Virus record (IMG/VR): IMGVR_UViG_3300013125_000003 | Location: 32,001 to 96,000 of that record | Length of the DNA: 64,000 nt | Reading direction: 5' to 3' (one strand) | Origin: a virus | Shown here: positions 36,448-46,014 of the stretch, piece after piece | Numbering within the stretch: position 1 is the first letter of the stretch | Layout of the letters: every line of letters begins with the position of its first letter | Program-made: the position numbers and the translations under genes | The notes under the pieces: model-generated | Database searches by the model: none | What the model was told of the DNA's origin: nothing | The model's input: the letters and a program-made list of their open reading frames with translations, nothing else

Positions 36448-37332
36448 TTACTTGGTCTTTGTGATGTTTTTGTAAATCCATTCGCAAATATCATCTTCGT
36501 CCTGGAAGATTAAAAATTCAGGTGTGCCTGTTTCGATGTGGCTAGCCAGAGTTAATAGATTGTTAGTCGGCTCTCCGTCAATATTTATCAGGTCATTTTT
36601 TACCATCGGCATCTTCACCGGCACAAAATCGTTTTCTAACATTTTGTTAACAAGCTCGTAGTGACGATCGTACACGTGGTACGAATCCGCAACGTGCGTG
36701 TAGGTTCCAAGCTCAAGATCCGGGTAAACCGTTCTCAAGTGATTCAGCATTTGCATCTGAAGAGAACAGAAGAAAGCAGCGTCGGTCGGCGTTCCCCAAA
36801 CAGCGTCATTGCTTCTGATGTTCAACTTCAAGTGAAGCTTGTTATCGCGTATGTGAACGTTAACGTTCATGGTGCAAACGAAATCCTTGTTTCCAAAGTA
36901 CTGGTGTATCGGCATGTTAAAGTGCATGATAGCCTGCCTGGTGTAGGGATCCTTGATGAGGGATTGCATTGCCCATTGGTACTGCGAAAATCCGTGCTGG
37001 TTTTTCATCCTGAAGATGAGATTGCCGTAAGCTGAATTAGCTGTACCGTCATCGTTTTGGATCTGTTCCCAAAACTTTGCCCACTTGGAAATGAAAGCTA
37101 CATCGTTCCGTCCCAGGTAATACCATACCAATTCAGCGGCAATGTATTTCATCTGCGAGCTACGCGCTGGGTTTGTGTACAAGCATGACCTTGGGTCTTC
37201 GACTACTAGAGCAACGTTAAGCTGTTCCTTGCTTATCGTACCCCTGGCATTATTTTCCGGGCAATTGTTCATGACGTGATGCAGAGAGTCCCTGTAACAT
37301 TCAGCAAACGTGTTAGCTTGAAATACTTTCAT
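36448..37332 (-). CDS. Thymidylate synthase-family enzyme, dCMP hydroxymethylase (gp42)-like
   Basis: NSAYG, TRQA, catalytic Cys in DFVCT, RSNDAVWGTPTD (Asp at the specificity position), SYHVY. Confidence 0.8.
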   Translation of the reverse strand: MKVFQANTFAECYRDSLHHVMNNCPENNARGTISKEQLNVALVVEDPRSCLYTNPARSSQMKYIAAELVWYYLGRNDVAFISKWAKFWEQIQNDDGTANSAYGNLIFRMKNQHGFSQYQWAMQSLIKDPYTRQAIMHFNMPIHQYFGNKDFVCTMNVNVHIRDNKLHLKLNIRSNDAVWGTPTDAAFFCSLQMQMLNHLRTVYPDLELGTYTHVADSYHVYDRHYELVNKMLENDFVPVKMPMVKNDLINIDGEPTNNLLTLASHIETGTPEFLIFQDEDDICEWIYKNITKTK

Positions 37333-37522
37333 TAGTTGTTTTTTCTTGATTTTTTATTCCCATCCAATTATGACCATCTGGCTGAATTTGTGTAGTTGTA
37401 AAATAATCGCATTCCGCGGAAATCTCAGTAGACAGATTTTCAGCATCTTCTTTGCTTAAATTTGATTTAACTTGAGCATATCCGCCAAACGGATCTCCAA
37501 CAAATACAGTATATCCATATCG
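37313..37522 (-). pseudogene. Possible small frameshifted gene (~70 codons)
   Basis: Stop-free frame RYGYTVFVGDPFGGYAQVKSNLSKEDAENL...; the ATG at 37518 is one base out of frame. Confidence 0.3.
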
Positions 37523-37540
37523 TTTGATTCTTTACTTTAT

Positions 37541-37567
37541 ATTGTATTAATTACTGCGAATTAGTTT
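37541..37567 (-). promoter_or_regulatory. Bipartite promoter AAACT-N16-TACAAT
   Basis: Exact motif match upstream of the TS-like/deaminase operon. Confidence 0.7.
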
Positions 37568-39236
37568 ACGAAAATTTGATGTCTGAGAAGTGATCTACCT
37601 TCTGAACTGACAATTTTCTATCGAAAAGTTCCTCCGGTAGAGGAGAATGCGAAATGACGAACACTGTCATCCTATACTTTTTGGAAAAAGTTTTGAGAAG
37701 GTCAACCACCCGGTATATCGATTCTACATCTAGCGATGAAAATATCTCGTCCAAGAAAAGAAGGTTGATGCTGTTGTTCTTCAACTTTATCAGCTCAATG
37801 ATTCCTAACAGGACTATAAGGTTCATCTTTTTCTGCTCTCCAGTAGAAAGTGAGTCCGGCGAGATCTGAACTCCTAATTGTGTGATGACTGGCTCGAAAT
37901 TCATGTCGAACTCGAAAGCAAACGGAAAATCCAAAACCTTAGCGGTCCTCAATAGTTTCTTGTTGAGGACGGGAAGTATCTCGGCCATCAGCATGCGTTT
38001 CATTCCGTTGTCAGAAAGAAGATCTTCCGATTCGACCGAAACTTTTATCTGGTCAACCAACTTATCTCGTTCAATGCTTGCTTTTTCCAAAGCTTTCTTT
38101 ATGGTTTCAACTACCTCAGCAAGGTAACTAGTGCCGTCAGTATCGAGATCCTCTTCCATGCTCAAACCTGAAAGTTCCTTTCTTAACGGGGCTAACAGTG
38201 CATCTATCTGGTAGAACCGGTTCTTTGCAAATTCCTGCTCTCCTTTTTTCTCTGAAAGAACAGTTTCGGCTTTCTTCACAGTTTCAGATAGGGTTGGAAT
38301 CTGCTTTTCTTGAGAAGATTTTTGCTCAACTATGTCATCCTTTATCTTGGAATGGTTAGCATCAGTGAGATCCGACAAGCAGTGAGGGCACTTATTATTG
38401 TTCTTGTAGAGCTGTAGTTTCTTATCCCAATCCAAGATGTTCATCTGTGCAGCTGTCCTAGCATCCCTAGCTTCAGTCACAGCTTTTTCCAAAGTCTGAA
38501 CTTCTTTCGTGATGTTGTTATAGTTATCTTTGTAAAAGTCCTTGTCCTTTGCTAATTGTTCGATTCGTTCGGTTACTTCCTTCTTTCTAGCTTCTTTCTG
38601 AACCGAAAGATCCTCCTTCATAGTGTTCAGTTGGGTCAAGGAATTCTCAAGAGTTTTTCTGTTACTTTCCATGGATGAATCAAGAGTCAACAGAGCAGCT
38701 TTTAAAGTCTTCAGCTGTTCCTTGTTCTTCTTGGCCATGTAATTAACGACTTCCAGCCCGAATATCTTATCGATGATCTGTCGTTTATCAGATGGACTGA
38801 GTTTAACGAAACTCTTAAAATCGTTTATCGAGAGACTTATCGTGTTGGAAAAAACGTTGAACGGAATCTTCACGAGTTCCTCTTCGACAAAGTCGTCCAT
38901 CCTTCTTTTGTCAGGAAGGTTGTGTTCTACTCCGTTGATAGCGAGCCTGGAGAAATTAGGTTCCAGGCCTCTCTCTATCTCTATTCTATCACCGTTATCC
39001 GTGATGAAGTCTACGAAAGTGTAACCGTTCTTGTTCAAACGGTTCGGCAGTTCCTTGGTCTTGCGTATCGAAGATTTGCCGTAGAGCGAAAATGTGATAG
39101 CATCCGAGATGGTGGATTTTCCGCCGCCGTTCTTTCCTTCAACTAGGATCAACTGTGGATCCTCAGAGAAGGAAAATGCTTGGACCTTGTTTCCGTACGA
39201 GCAAAGGTTCTTAAATGAAAAGTTGAGTAGCTTCAT
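37566..39236 (-). CDS. gp46/Rad50/SbcC-like recombination ATPase
   Basis: GKNGGGKST, zinc hook CPHC, LSTGEQKK, LFLDEIFSSLD, VISH. Confidence 0.93.
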   Translation of the reverse strand: MKLLNFSFKNLCSYGNKVQAFSFSEDPQLILVEGKNGGGKSTISDAITFSLYGKSSIRKTKELPNRLNKNGYTFVDFITDNGDRIEIERGLEPNFSRLAINGVEHNLPDKRRMDDFVEEELVKIPFNVFSNTISLSINDFKSFVKLSPSDKRQIIDKIFGLEVVNYMAKKNKEQLKTLKAALLTLDSSMESNRKTLENSLTQLNTMKEDLSVQKEARKKEVTERIEQLAKDKDFYKDNYNNITKEVQTLEKAVTEARDARTAAQMNILDWDKKLQLYKNNNKCPHCLSDLTDANHSKIKDDIVEQKSSQEKQIPTLSETVKKAETVLSEKKGEQEFAKNRFYQIDALLAPLRKELSGLSMEEDLDTDGTSYLAEVVETIKKALEKASIERDKLVDQIKVSVESEDLLSDNGMKRMLMAEILPVLNKKLLRTAKVLDFPFAFEFDMNFEPVITQLGVQISPDSLSTGEQKKMNLIVLLGIIELIKLKNNSINLLFLDEIFSSLDVESIYRVVDLLKTFSKKYRMTVFVISHSPLPEELFDRKLSVQKVDHFSDIKFS

Positions 39237-39238
39237 AG

Positions 39239-39733
39239 TTATTGCTTAAAGTAAGTTAGTTCGTTCCCTCTAGAAACGAACCTAACTGTTTTGAAAACGC
39301 AGACTTTGTTGTCCTCATGATACTCACATATAAGGTTTGGAATTTCGCTAGTTCGGTATAGCATTCCGTTTCCCAACATCACTACGTGAGACTTTGATTC
39401 TAGAAGAGCAGTCGGATTCATCTTCGACATGAGAATTCTCCTGAATTCGTCAGGCGTTATCTCGCCTCGGTCCAATCGTTTTTCTAGTTCCAGTTCGCTC
39501 AGCTCAGCTAGCAGCTCGTATTCCTTTTTCAGAACAGCGGAATCTGTGAAAATCTTTTCCTGAAACGATGGAACTACCTTTCCTAGAATGATTGCCTCTT
39601 TCTTAGTTAGGATAGAAACTGGGCAGATTTCGACGATCTCGTCCATGGGTATGTCGGTCCTAGCTAGGACCACGTAATTCGCTCCGCCTAAGTTCTTTAC
39701 AAAAACGTAATCGCTGACGTATGGGTTAAGCAT
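39239..39733 (-). CDS. Degenerate SET-domain protein
   Basis: ARTDIPMDEIVEICPV, LGNGMLYRTSEIPN and VSRGNELTY follow the SET layout, but NHS is replaced by RTS. Confidence 0.6.
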   Translation of the reverse strand: MLNPYVSDYVFVKNLGGANYVVLARTDIPMDEIVEICPVSILTKKEAIILGKVVPSFQEKIFTDSAVLKKEYELLAELSELELEKRLDRGEITPDEFRRILMSKMNPTALLESKSHVVMLGNGMLYRTSEIPNLICEYHEDNKVCVFKTVRFVSRGNELTYFKQ

Positions 39734-40844
39734 TGTTCTGTTCCTCCATCACTTCTTTGTGAAGTTCAACGAACTTTGAAGCTATCTTTTTCTTAAAATC
39801 TAACGGGTAGTCCTTGGTCTTTAAGTATGCTTTGAATATGTCGAATAGGTTAAAATCTTTGTCTGGATCGAACTCGTCGGCGGTTGCCGTATTTTCGACC
39901 CTTTCCTTATCGGTGTACGTGAAAAATTCCAATCTTCGGTGAGTTGAATTAGCAATTTCTTCCAAGAACCGAGGAACCGGAAATTTGTTTGCGAACTTCA
40001 CGTTTATCATCACGTCAACAAAATTATTAGAGAATTGTTCCACGATAGCGGACTTTGGCATGTCCAAAATGTCGAAAATGTCGTACTTTAAAAAGATCGG
40101 CGACTTAGAATTTCGTATGAATTGTTCCTGTATCTCCGGCGTGTCAACTTGCAACCTGTAAAAACCTCTAGTGTTTCCGATATCTCCTCTATCCATCTGG
40201 TAAGGAGAACCGGTGTACAAGATATTTCCTTTTTCCTGCCTGATGTGAATGTGCCCGCTGTAAACTCGCTTGTACTCAGCAAACGATTCTTTTTCTAATC
40301 CTTTTTCGATAGTTACCCACTTGTTGTACTTGAAACCGACGATGTCTGTGTGACACACAACGTACTGACAGAACTTAAGGTGATCAACTAAAATGTTCTT
40401 CACTTTGGCTGGATCGTCCACCCACGGAAGCATCAAAAAATCGTGCTGGTTGTTTATTGATAGGATCTCAGGCGTTTCAAAAACGTGAATGTTGTCTGCT
40501 AAGTTTCCGATTGACCTTAACGAATGAACTTCGCTCTTGTCTTTGTAGTAAGTATCGTGATTTCCGGTTATTGTGAAAACCCCTCGTTTGAACTTTTTAG
40601 CTAGAACAGTAAATAGGTCCAAAACTTCGTTCTGGACTCTGACGTTTACCGCTTCACGGTAGTGAAATACGTCTCCTTCAAAAACCAAGATGTCCCTAGC
40701 CTCGTCGAAATCAGCATCGATCTTCTTCAGAAAAAAATTCATGAAAAAGTCTTTCTGTATCTCAGACCACTCAATTGAGTTGTTGCGTATCCCAAAGTGA
40801 GTGTCACCGATTAAGTAAACGTATCTTATGTTAGTTAGCTTCAT
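39726..40844 (-). CDS. gp47/Mre11/SbcD-like nuclease
   Basis: GDTHFG, GDVFH, GNHD, SGHIH, YTGSPYQ. Confidence 0.93.
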   Translation of the reverse strand: MKLTNIRYVYLIGDTHFGIRNNSIEWSEIQKDFFMNFFLKKIDADFDEARDILVFEGDVFHYREAVNVRVQNEVLDLFTVLAKKFKRGVFTITGNHDTYYKDKSEVHSLRSIGNLADNIHVFETPEILSINNQHDFLMLPWVDDPAKVKNILVDHLKFCQYVVCHTDIVGFKYNKWVTIEKGLEKESFAEYKRVYSGHIHIRQEKGNILYTGSPYQMDRGDIGNTRGFYRLQVDTPEIQEQFIRNSKSPIFLKYDIFDILDMPKSAIVEQFSNNFVDVMINVKFANKFPVPRFLEEIANSTHRRLEFFTYTDKERVENTATADEFDPDKDFNLFDIFKAYLKTKDYPLDFKKKIASKFVELHKEVMEEQNNA

Positions 40845-41518
40845 TACTCGTAAATTCTAAATTCCTTTGATGCTTTGTCGAGAAAATGGTAATCCTTATC
40901 GAGCTCGACGAGCAAAATTTCCTTGTTCTCGTAAGTTAACATGTCAAATAATTTCTTTGTCTCTATTCCAGTAAGTGACCCAATCGAATCAAAAATGTAA
41001 ATAGGATTGACAAAGACGCTCTGCTTTGATCCCGGTCCTATTCCTGCTCTAATGAACTCAAAGAGGAAGTTTATCTCAGTCTTGGTGTATTTTTTTCTCT
41101 CCGGTTCTTTTCTGAGAATTTCCTGAACTTCCGGGGCTTCTGATATGAAATTGTGAATGTCAACTTGTGTTATCTTATCGTCAACATAATCGGAATGCTT
41201 GTCCCGATCGTACATCACGAATTCTGGAGAACTTGGATCTATCTTGATCTCGCTTCGCGAGCTTGACATTTCCTCGTGTTCCTCAGCCTGCTGCCCTCCC
41301 ATGTTGTAGGAATTGTTGAAGATCTTATCGGTCTTTTTGAGCTGGGCATACGCAACTCTGCGTCTTTCCAATTCTTCCTGATCTTCATCCACCGGTTCTT
41401 CAGGTAAGTCGTCCGCTCCAAAATCCACAAGGTCCGAAGACGGCATAAGTTCGTCAACTTGATCGTCTGACTGATCTTCGATTACATCATCGAATATCGT
41501 ATCTTCATTGTCTTTCAA
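40844..41518 (-). CDS. Acidic hypothetical protein
   Basis: 224-aa ORF with TTG start, coupled to gp47. Confidence 0.65.
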   Translation of the reverse strand: MKDNEDTIFDDVIEDQSDDQVDELMPSSDLVDFGADDLPEEPVDEDQEELERRRVAYAQLKKTDKIFNNSYNMGGQQAEEHEEMSSSRSEIKIDPSSPEFVMYDRDKHSDYVDDKITQVDIHNFISEAPEVQEILRKEPERKKYTKTEINFLFEFIRAGIGPGSKQSVFVNPIYIFDSIGSLTGIETKKLFDMLTYENKEILLVELDKDYHFLDKASKEFRIYE

Positions 41519-41534
41519 AGTTTAGTTAGTTATT

Positions 41535-43103
41535 TTAGCTTATCTCATTCAGTATGTCATCATGAGACTTTTTTGGCCCTCTTGGTTTTTCAGGAGGAGG
41601 TTGCTGCGGAAAATCCTCAGCTACCTGGGGTTGAATTTGCGGAAAATCATCGTCTAGGTTCAATCCCAACGACGGAACGTCAGTAGTCTGAGCAGTTTGG
41701 TACTGGCTTCGCATCTGTTCTTCCAGCGATTGAGTATCGTCATCGTCTGAGTAATACTCGGAGGCTGGATCCGTTTCTTCTATCAGTTTGGAATACTCGT
41801 AATCCAACCTGAACATCTTGAAGCTCTCGTTGTAACCGCCGTCTCTGTTTGCGATAAGCTTTATCTTCATTCTTCTTTCAAGCGGACCTCTTATCAGACC
41901 GAACAATGAATCCACCGTGTGAATTAGGCCGAACGATTCAGCGACATCAGTCATTCCTAAGTCCTGATCATCTACTGCTTCTCGTTTTATCTGAGTAGCT
42001 GATATGATGCACCATTCGTTTCGTATGGCGACTGCTCTGAGTTCCTCGCTGATCGTCTTTACGTTTCCGTACATGTTTCCCTGATCTCGAAGAGGTCTCA
42101 TCAAGTTCAGGTAGTCTACGATTATGACTTTGAACTTGATGCCGGTGTTCTGCTGAACCCGTAAGAAGTAATTTTCTATGTCGATCGCGGTGGCGGAACC
42201 CGCGCCAAATTCTCTAACTTCCAAGTGTCCTAAGTTGGGCACTTTTTCTCTTAAAGAATTTATTCGTTCGTCGATGCCGACCGCATCTTCCTTGGTCAAG
42301 TAAGAATCGTACTCCTTAGTGCGAATGTTTAGGATAGTGGACCCTAACCTCTTCATGTACTTTCGGTCAGAGAGTTCAAGCGTAGCGATACCAACGTCAA
42401 CTCCGCTTAAGAAAGCCCTGGCTCCGATGTTCGAAAGAACCATCGATTTTCCGACCTTCGGCCTACCTTGGAATATGACCAACGTTTTTGGGTTCCATCC
42501 GCCATCTAAGACCTTATTGAAAAACGGAAAACCTGTTGGAGTTCCGACTTTTGAAAGTTGAATGTGGTGATTAGCATTGAAAAAGTTTAACCCTGAATCT
42601 GCGCTAGTAAAAGATAAGTTGAGTTTATCGCTGAACTTAGTTCGAACTTCGTTGGTGATGAGCTCGATGTTATCTGGATTTACCTCTGCCGTTTTTAAGT
42701 AGGAAAGAGTCTCGATAGTTACCTCATTGAGGTTCTTCAAAAGAACGAAAGCTTTGGTATACTTGACTAAGAAATCGTAAGTCATCGATTTTAAGTCGAT
42801 TTCAAATAGCTTTTCGAACTTATCTTCCGGAATGTCAAGGTTGGCTAAATTGGACAACTCTCTGATCTCGTTCTTCGTTGGGACTTTTCGGTATTCAACG
42901 AAGAACTTTTTGACTTCCCTGTAAACTTTTTGAAGAACATCATCGTTAAAATAGTGAGGTTTCACGGCAGCGATGACTTCACGTTTGTCGATCGACTCAC
43001 TATTTTTTGGTTTGATCACTACCTCATTATCGTCTGGCATCAGAACGAAATTGAATATCAATTTCTCCAGCAGCTCGATATTTTCCTTAAAATCTATTAC
43101 CAT
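41535..43103 (-). CDS. Replicative DnaB-like helicase (gp41-like)
   Basis: GRPKVGKS, TLELS, IIVDYLNLM, SATQ, AESFG. Confidence 0.92.
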   Translation of the reverse strand: MVIDFKENIELLEKLIFNFVLMPDDNEVVIKPKNSESIDKREVIAAVKPHYFNDDVLQKVYREVKKFFVEYRKVPTKNEIRELSNLANLDIPEDKFEKLFEIDLKSMTYDFLVKYTKAFVLLKNLNEVTIETLSYLKTAEVNPDNIELITNEVRTKFSDKLNLSFTSADSGLNFFNANHHIQLSKVGTPTGFPFFNKVLDGGWNPKTLVIFQGRPKVGKSMVLSNIGARAFLSGVDVGIATLELSDRKYMKRLGSTILNIRTKEYDSYLTKEDAVGIDERINSLREKVPNLGHLEVREFGAGSATAIDIENYFLRVQQNTGIKFKVIIVDYLNLMRPLRDQGNMYGNVKTISEELRAVAIRNEWCIISATQIKREAVDDQDLGMTDVAESFGLIHTVDSLFGLIRGPLERRMKIKLIANRDGGYNESFKMFRLDYEYSKLIEETDPASEYYSDDDDTQSLEEQMRSQYQTAQTTDVPSLGLNLDDDFPQIQPQVAEDFPQQPPPEKPRGPKKSHDDILNEIS

Positions 43104-43113
43104 GTGAATTGGG

Positions 43114-43455
43114 TTAACTTATTGAATAGTACCGTGAAAATTCCGACTTGCTGATGTAAAGGTATTCGCCTCTTCTTTCGAGCGCCTCGGAATCTATGAG
43201 GTCTTTCAGTATGGCTTTTATACGTCCCAAGAATTCTTCGGATTTAGTGTTGTCACCAAAAACGTACTTGAGAGTCTTTACTGAGAATTTTATATCAGCT
43301 GGATTCCATTCCTTTTCACGTGACTCAGCAACTCTAACTAGGTGCGAGATCACGTCGAACATGAAATCCTGAGACGTTGGATAGTTTGGCATGCTCTGGT
43401 GCAATCCCAAAGAATACTTTATGGGAAGAGTTTCTTGAATCTTAAAGTTCATCAC
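43114..43455 (-). CDS. Small hypothetical protein
   Basis: Lies between uvsX and the helicase, the position of T4 gene 40; possible winged helix. Confidence 0.6.
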   Translation of the reverse strand: MMNFKIQETLPIKYSLGLHQSMPNYPTSQDFMFDVISHLVRVAESREKEWNPADIKFSVKTLKYVFGDNTKSEEFLGRIKAILKDLIDSEALERRGEYLYISKSEFSRYYSIS

Positions 43456-44638
43456 CCGGTCCTTCCTCTTCCGAGTCAGCTAATTCTTCTGCTTCCAGTT
43501 CGGACAAACCCTCAACTGTTTCTGGGTATTTGAACTTCGGCTTTATGACGTTCTCGTCCAATGCGTGAAGCACGTCCTGTGTAAAGAGACGAGAGGTAAA
43601 GAACTGTCTAACTGGAACTTCATCGCCGTTGTGACTGATGATGTAGTTCTGAGCTTTTGGTCCTGGCTTGAAGTAGAATGTGTCGTTTCCGACTGTAAAA
43701 GGATGACAATCTTTCTGCTCGTCCGGCTTTAACTTTAGGTACTCCTTCTCGGTCAATTTTTTTCCACGGCCGACTCCGCAGCCGACCCAATCAACGTAAC
43801 CCTGCAAGCCAACGAATGGGTTCATACCTTTCTGGTGAGAGATGTGAAATTCGATCTCAATCGGACGAGCAAGACGGTTCTTTCTGGTCTTCGACCTAAC
43901 GATGATTCCGGTTGCAGTCTTTTCATCGTCTCGTAGTATTCCCTTGCTAAGCATGAGAATGATAGAAGCTGCGAATTCTGGACCGCCTCCGCCGCTGGGG
44001 GATTTGCCGGTGTATGCATCGGTCCCGCTGTAAGTGTGGTTAGTGAAGATGAAGGGAATGGCTAAGTTGGAAAGGTCCAAGGTGAACGATTTGAAAAGAG
44101 CCCTGAGCTCCTTAGCCCGAAGACCCATATCTGCTGCGTTCTTTCCTTTCTCGATGTCAGCGATAGATTTGTCTGTGTCTAACATGCCTACAGAATCGAC
44201 GAACAGAGCGATCTTTAGGTCTGAACTTTCCTTCTTGGTCTTTATCATACCATCGACGAAAAACTTAACGTCGCTGATCAGTTTCATCCTGTAGTATTTG
44301 AGCATTCCTAAATCAGCTCCAAACTTCGGAAAGTCGGTTGAGTCGATAGCTCCCTCGGTGTCAATGTAAAACACGTAGTAACCCATCTTCTGAAGCTCTC
44401 GAACAGCATTCATGCAGAGGAAAGTTTTTCCAGCTCCTGGATCGCCAGCTATTCCAATGCTTCGAGTGTTTGGAAAACCTCCGAAGATTGAACCGGACAG
44501 CTGTGCATTTAGTAGGTAATTTCCGGTAGGAATGAACTCGCTGATATCCGCGAATCCCTTTAATTCGACTATTGATTTTACGCGTTTTTCCAAGTTATCG
44601 GTGAACTTCTCAAACGCTTCAAATGGTGTTTTTGCCAT
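43442..44638 (-). CDS. uvsX: UvsX/RecA-like recombinase
   Basis: GDPGAGKT, YIDTE, VDSVGML, DMGLRAK, TNHTY, SGGGG. Confidence 0.92.
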   Translation of the reverse strand: MAKTPFEAFEKFTDNLEKRVKSIVELKGFADISEFIPTGNYLLNAQLSGSIFGGFPNTRSIGIAGDPGAGKTFLCMNAVRELQKMGYYVFYIDTEGAIDSTDFPKFGADLGMLKYYRMKLISDVKFFVDGMIKTKKESSDLKIALFVDSVGMLDTDKSIADIEKGKNAADMGLRAKELRALFKSFTLDLSNLAIPFIFTNHTYSGTDAYTGKSPSGGGGPEFAASIILMLSKGILRDDEKTATGIIVRSKTRKNRLARPIEIEFHISHQKGMNPFVGLQGYVDWVGCGVGRGKKLTEKEYLKLKPDEQKDCHPFTVGNDTFYFKPGPKAQNYIISHNGDEVPVRQFFTSRLFTQDVLHALDENVIKPKFKYPETVEGLSELEAEELADSEEEGPGDEL

Positions 44639-44666
44639 GCGTAATGCGTATTTTTCGGTATACTGT

Positions 44667-44693
44667 ATTGTACACCGAAGATCACGCGAGTTT
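44667..44693 (-). promoter_or_regulatory. Bipartite promoter AAACT-N16-TACAAT
   Basis: Exact motif match upstream of uvsX. Confidence 0.7.
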
Positions 44694-45295
44694 TACGCAA
44701 AATAAGAAACTAAGAGAAAAGCTCCGGCTAAAATCGTGACGTCTGGGTAATCGCCGTTGACGACTTGATGGAAACCTAATCTAACGATTTCGGATTCACC
44801 TCGGGTGAACGGGGATTTGGCTAGGGTAGTCGTAAATTCCAACTGCTCGTCTGGTCGTACGACTTTCGTAAGGTCGATAGCATAGCACTTAAACTTTGCG
44901 CTGATGGGTTCGCTGAACGTCATCGGGCCCAAGTAAAAAAGGTCATCCTCAGTAATGCCGATCTCGTCGATGTTCAACCCTGCTTCTTCCAAAAGAGCTC
45001 GACCGACGGAATCGTAAGCGGTTGAATCTCTTTCTGAATCCAAAGTATCGACCAGCAAGGAAACGTCCGCTCGGTCAGTAGCATGGTTTTGAAACTTGAC
45101 GCCGTAGATGTAAGAGATCTTGTCTTCCTCGTTTCTCTCGAACGGAATGATAGCTATGAAGTTGGATTTCGACACGAGTCTGTTATCCTTATCGGTGTTT
45201 CTGCTTAGAGAAACCAGGTCGAATTTTCCTCCTTCAAGCGGAGTGATCGTTTTAACGATCTTTGCCGGTTCCAGAGGGTTTGAATTATTGGTCAT
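44693..45295 (-). CDS. Degenerate Nudix-fold protein
   Basis: GRALLEEAGL resembles the Nudix box RExxEExG; LFYLG follows. Confidence 0.55.
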   Translation of the reverse strand: MTNNSNPLEPAKIVKTITPLEGGKFDLVSLSRNTDKDNRLVSKSNFIAIIPFERNEEDKISYIYGVKFQNHATDRADVSLLVDTLDSERDSTAYDSVGRALLEEAGLNIDEIGITEDDLFYLGPMTFSEPISAKFKCYAIDLTKVVRPDEQLEFTTTLAKSPFTRGESEIVRLGFHQVVNGDYPDVTILAGAFLLVSYFA

Positions 45296-45998
45296 CTTCC
45301 TTTTTCTTTTTGTCCTGGCCCATGAACGTGCGCACGGAAGCCTTGATAGCGTCTAGCGTTATGCTGTTATTTATATGGGCGGACAGCTGGTCGAGGAACT
45401 GCTCCTTGTCCTGAGAATTAGTAAACATCATCTTTAGAAGGTTCTTTGCTGGAAGCTGGACAGATACCTTAAGGTTGACGTCAGTCTCTTCTACCGAGAA
45501 CATTCCAAACAGGCCCTTAGTGTCGATTTGGATTTGTTGTCTCTGCTGCGCTGGCGGGTCAGGACTGCCGCTTACTCCTGTGGCAAAACCGACATCAGAC
45601 GGTCCTGAAACTCCAAGGTTTTTCTGGCTAGGTTGAAGGGTAGAAAGAGATTGCAAGTCAGCCGGAAGGTCCTTTTTGACAGCATCCAAGTCTACTTCCG
45701 GTTCAACGTAAATTGATAGAACCTCGTCTCTGGTCAACGGCGGTTGGTCCTCGTGAAGCATCATAAGGTTATTTGTGAGAGCTTCTGACTCTATCCTTGA
45801 CTGGTCTGACAGAACCGCCAAGTAAGTTTGGACGGGTCCGTTTACCGTGTTTATGCGCCGGCCTGGTATGACGTCAATGACCGTCACAACCGTTCCTAGT
45901 TTCTGTCTCTCAGATGCTGGCGGTTTTATCCACTGGAATCTCTGTCCCTGGTAAGCATTTTTTATGGACATTAGTTCCTCTATGTCGAATCCTGCCAT
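45285..45998 (-). CDS. Hypothetical protein
   Basis: Likely ATG at 45998 (MAGFDIEE); no polymerase motifs. Confidence 0.65.
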   Translation of the reverse strand: MAGFDIEELMSIKNAYQGQRFQWIKPPASERQKLGTVVTVIDVIPGRRINTVNGPVQTYLAVLSDQSRIESEALTNNLMMLHEDQPPLTRDEVLSIYVEPEVDLDAVKKDLPADLQSLSTLQPSQKNLGVSGPSDVGFATGVSGSPDPPAQQRQQIQIDTKGLFGMFSVEETDVNLKVSVQLPAKNLLKMMFTNSQDKEQFLDQLSAHINNSITLDAIKASVRTFMGQDKKKKEDDQ

Positions 45999-46014
45999 GA
46001 AATTTCTGATTTTT

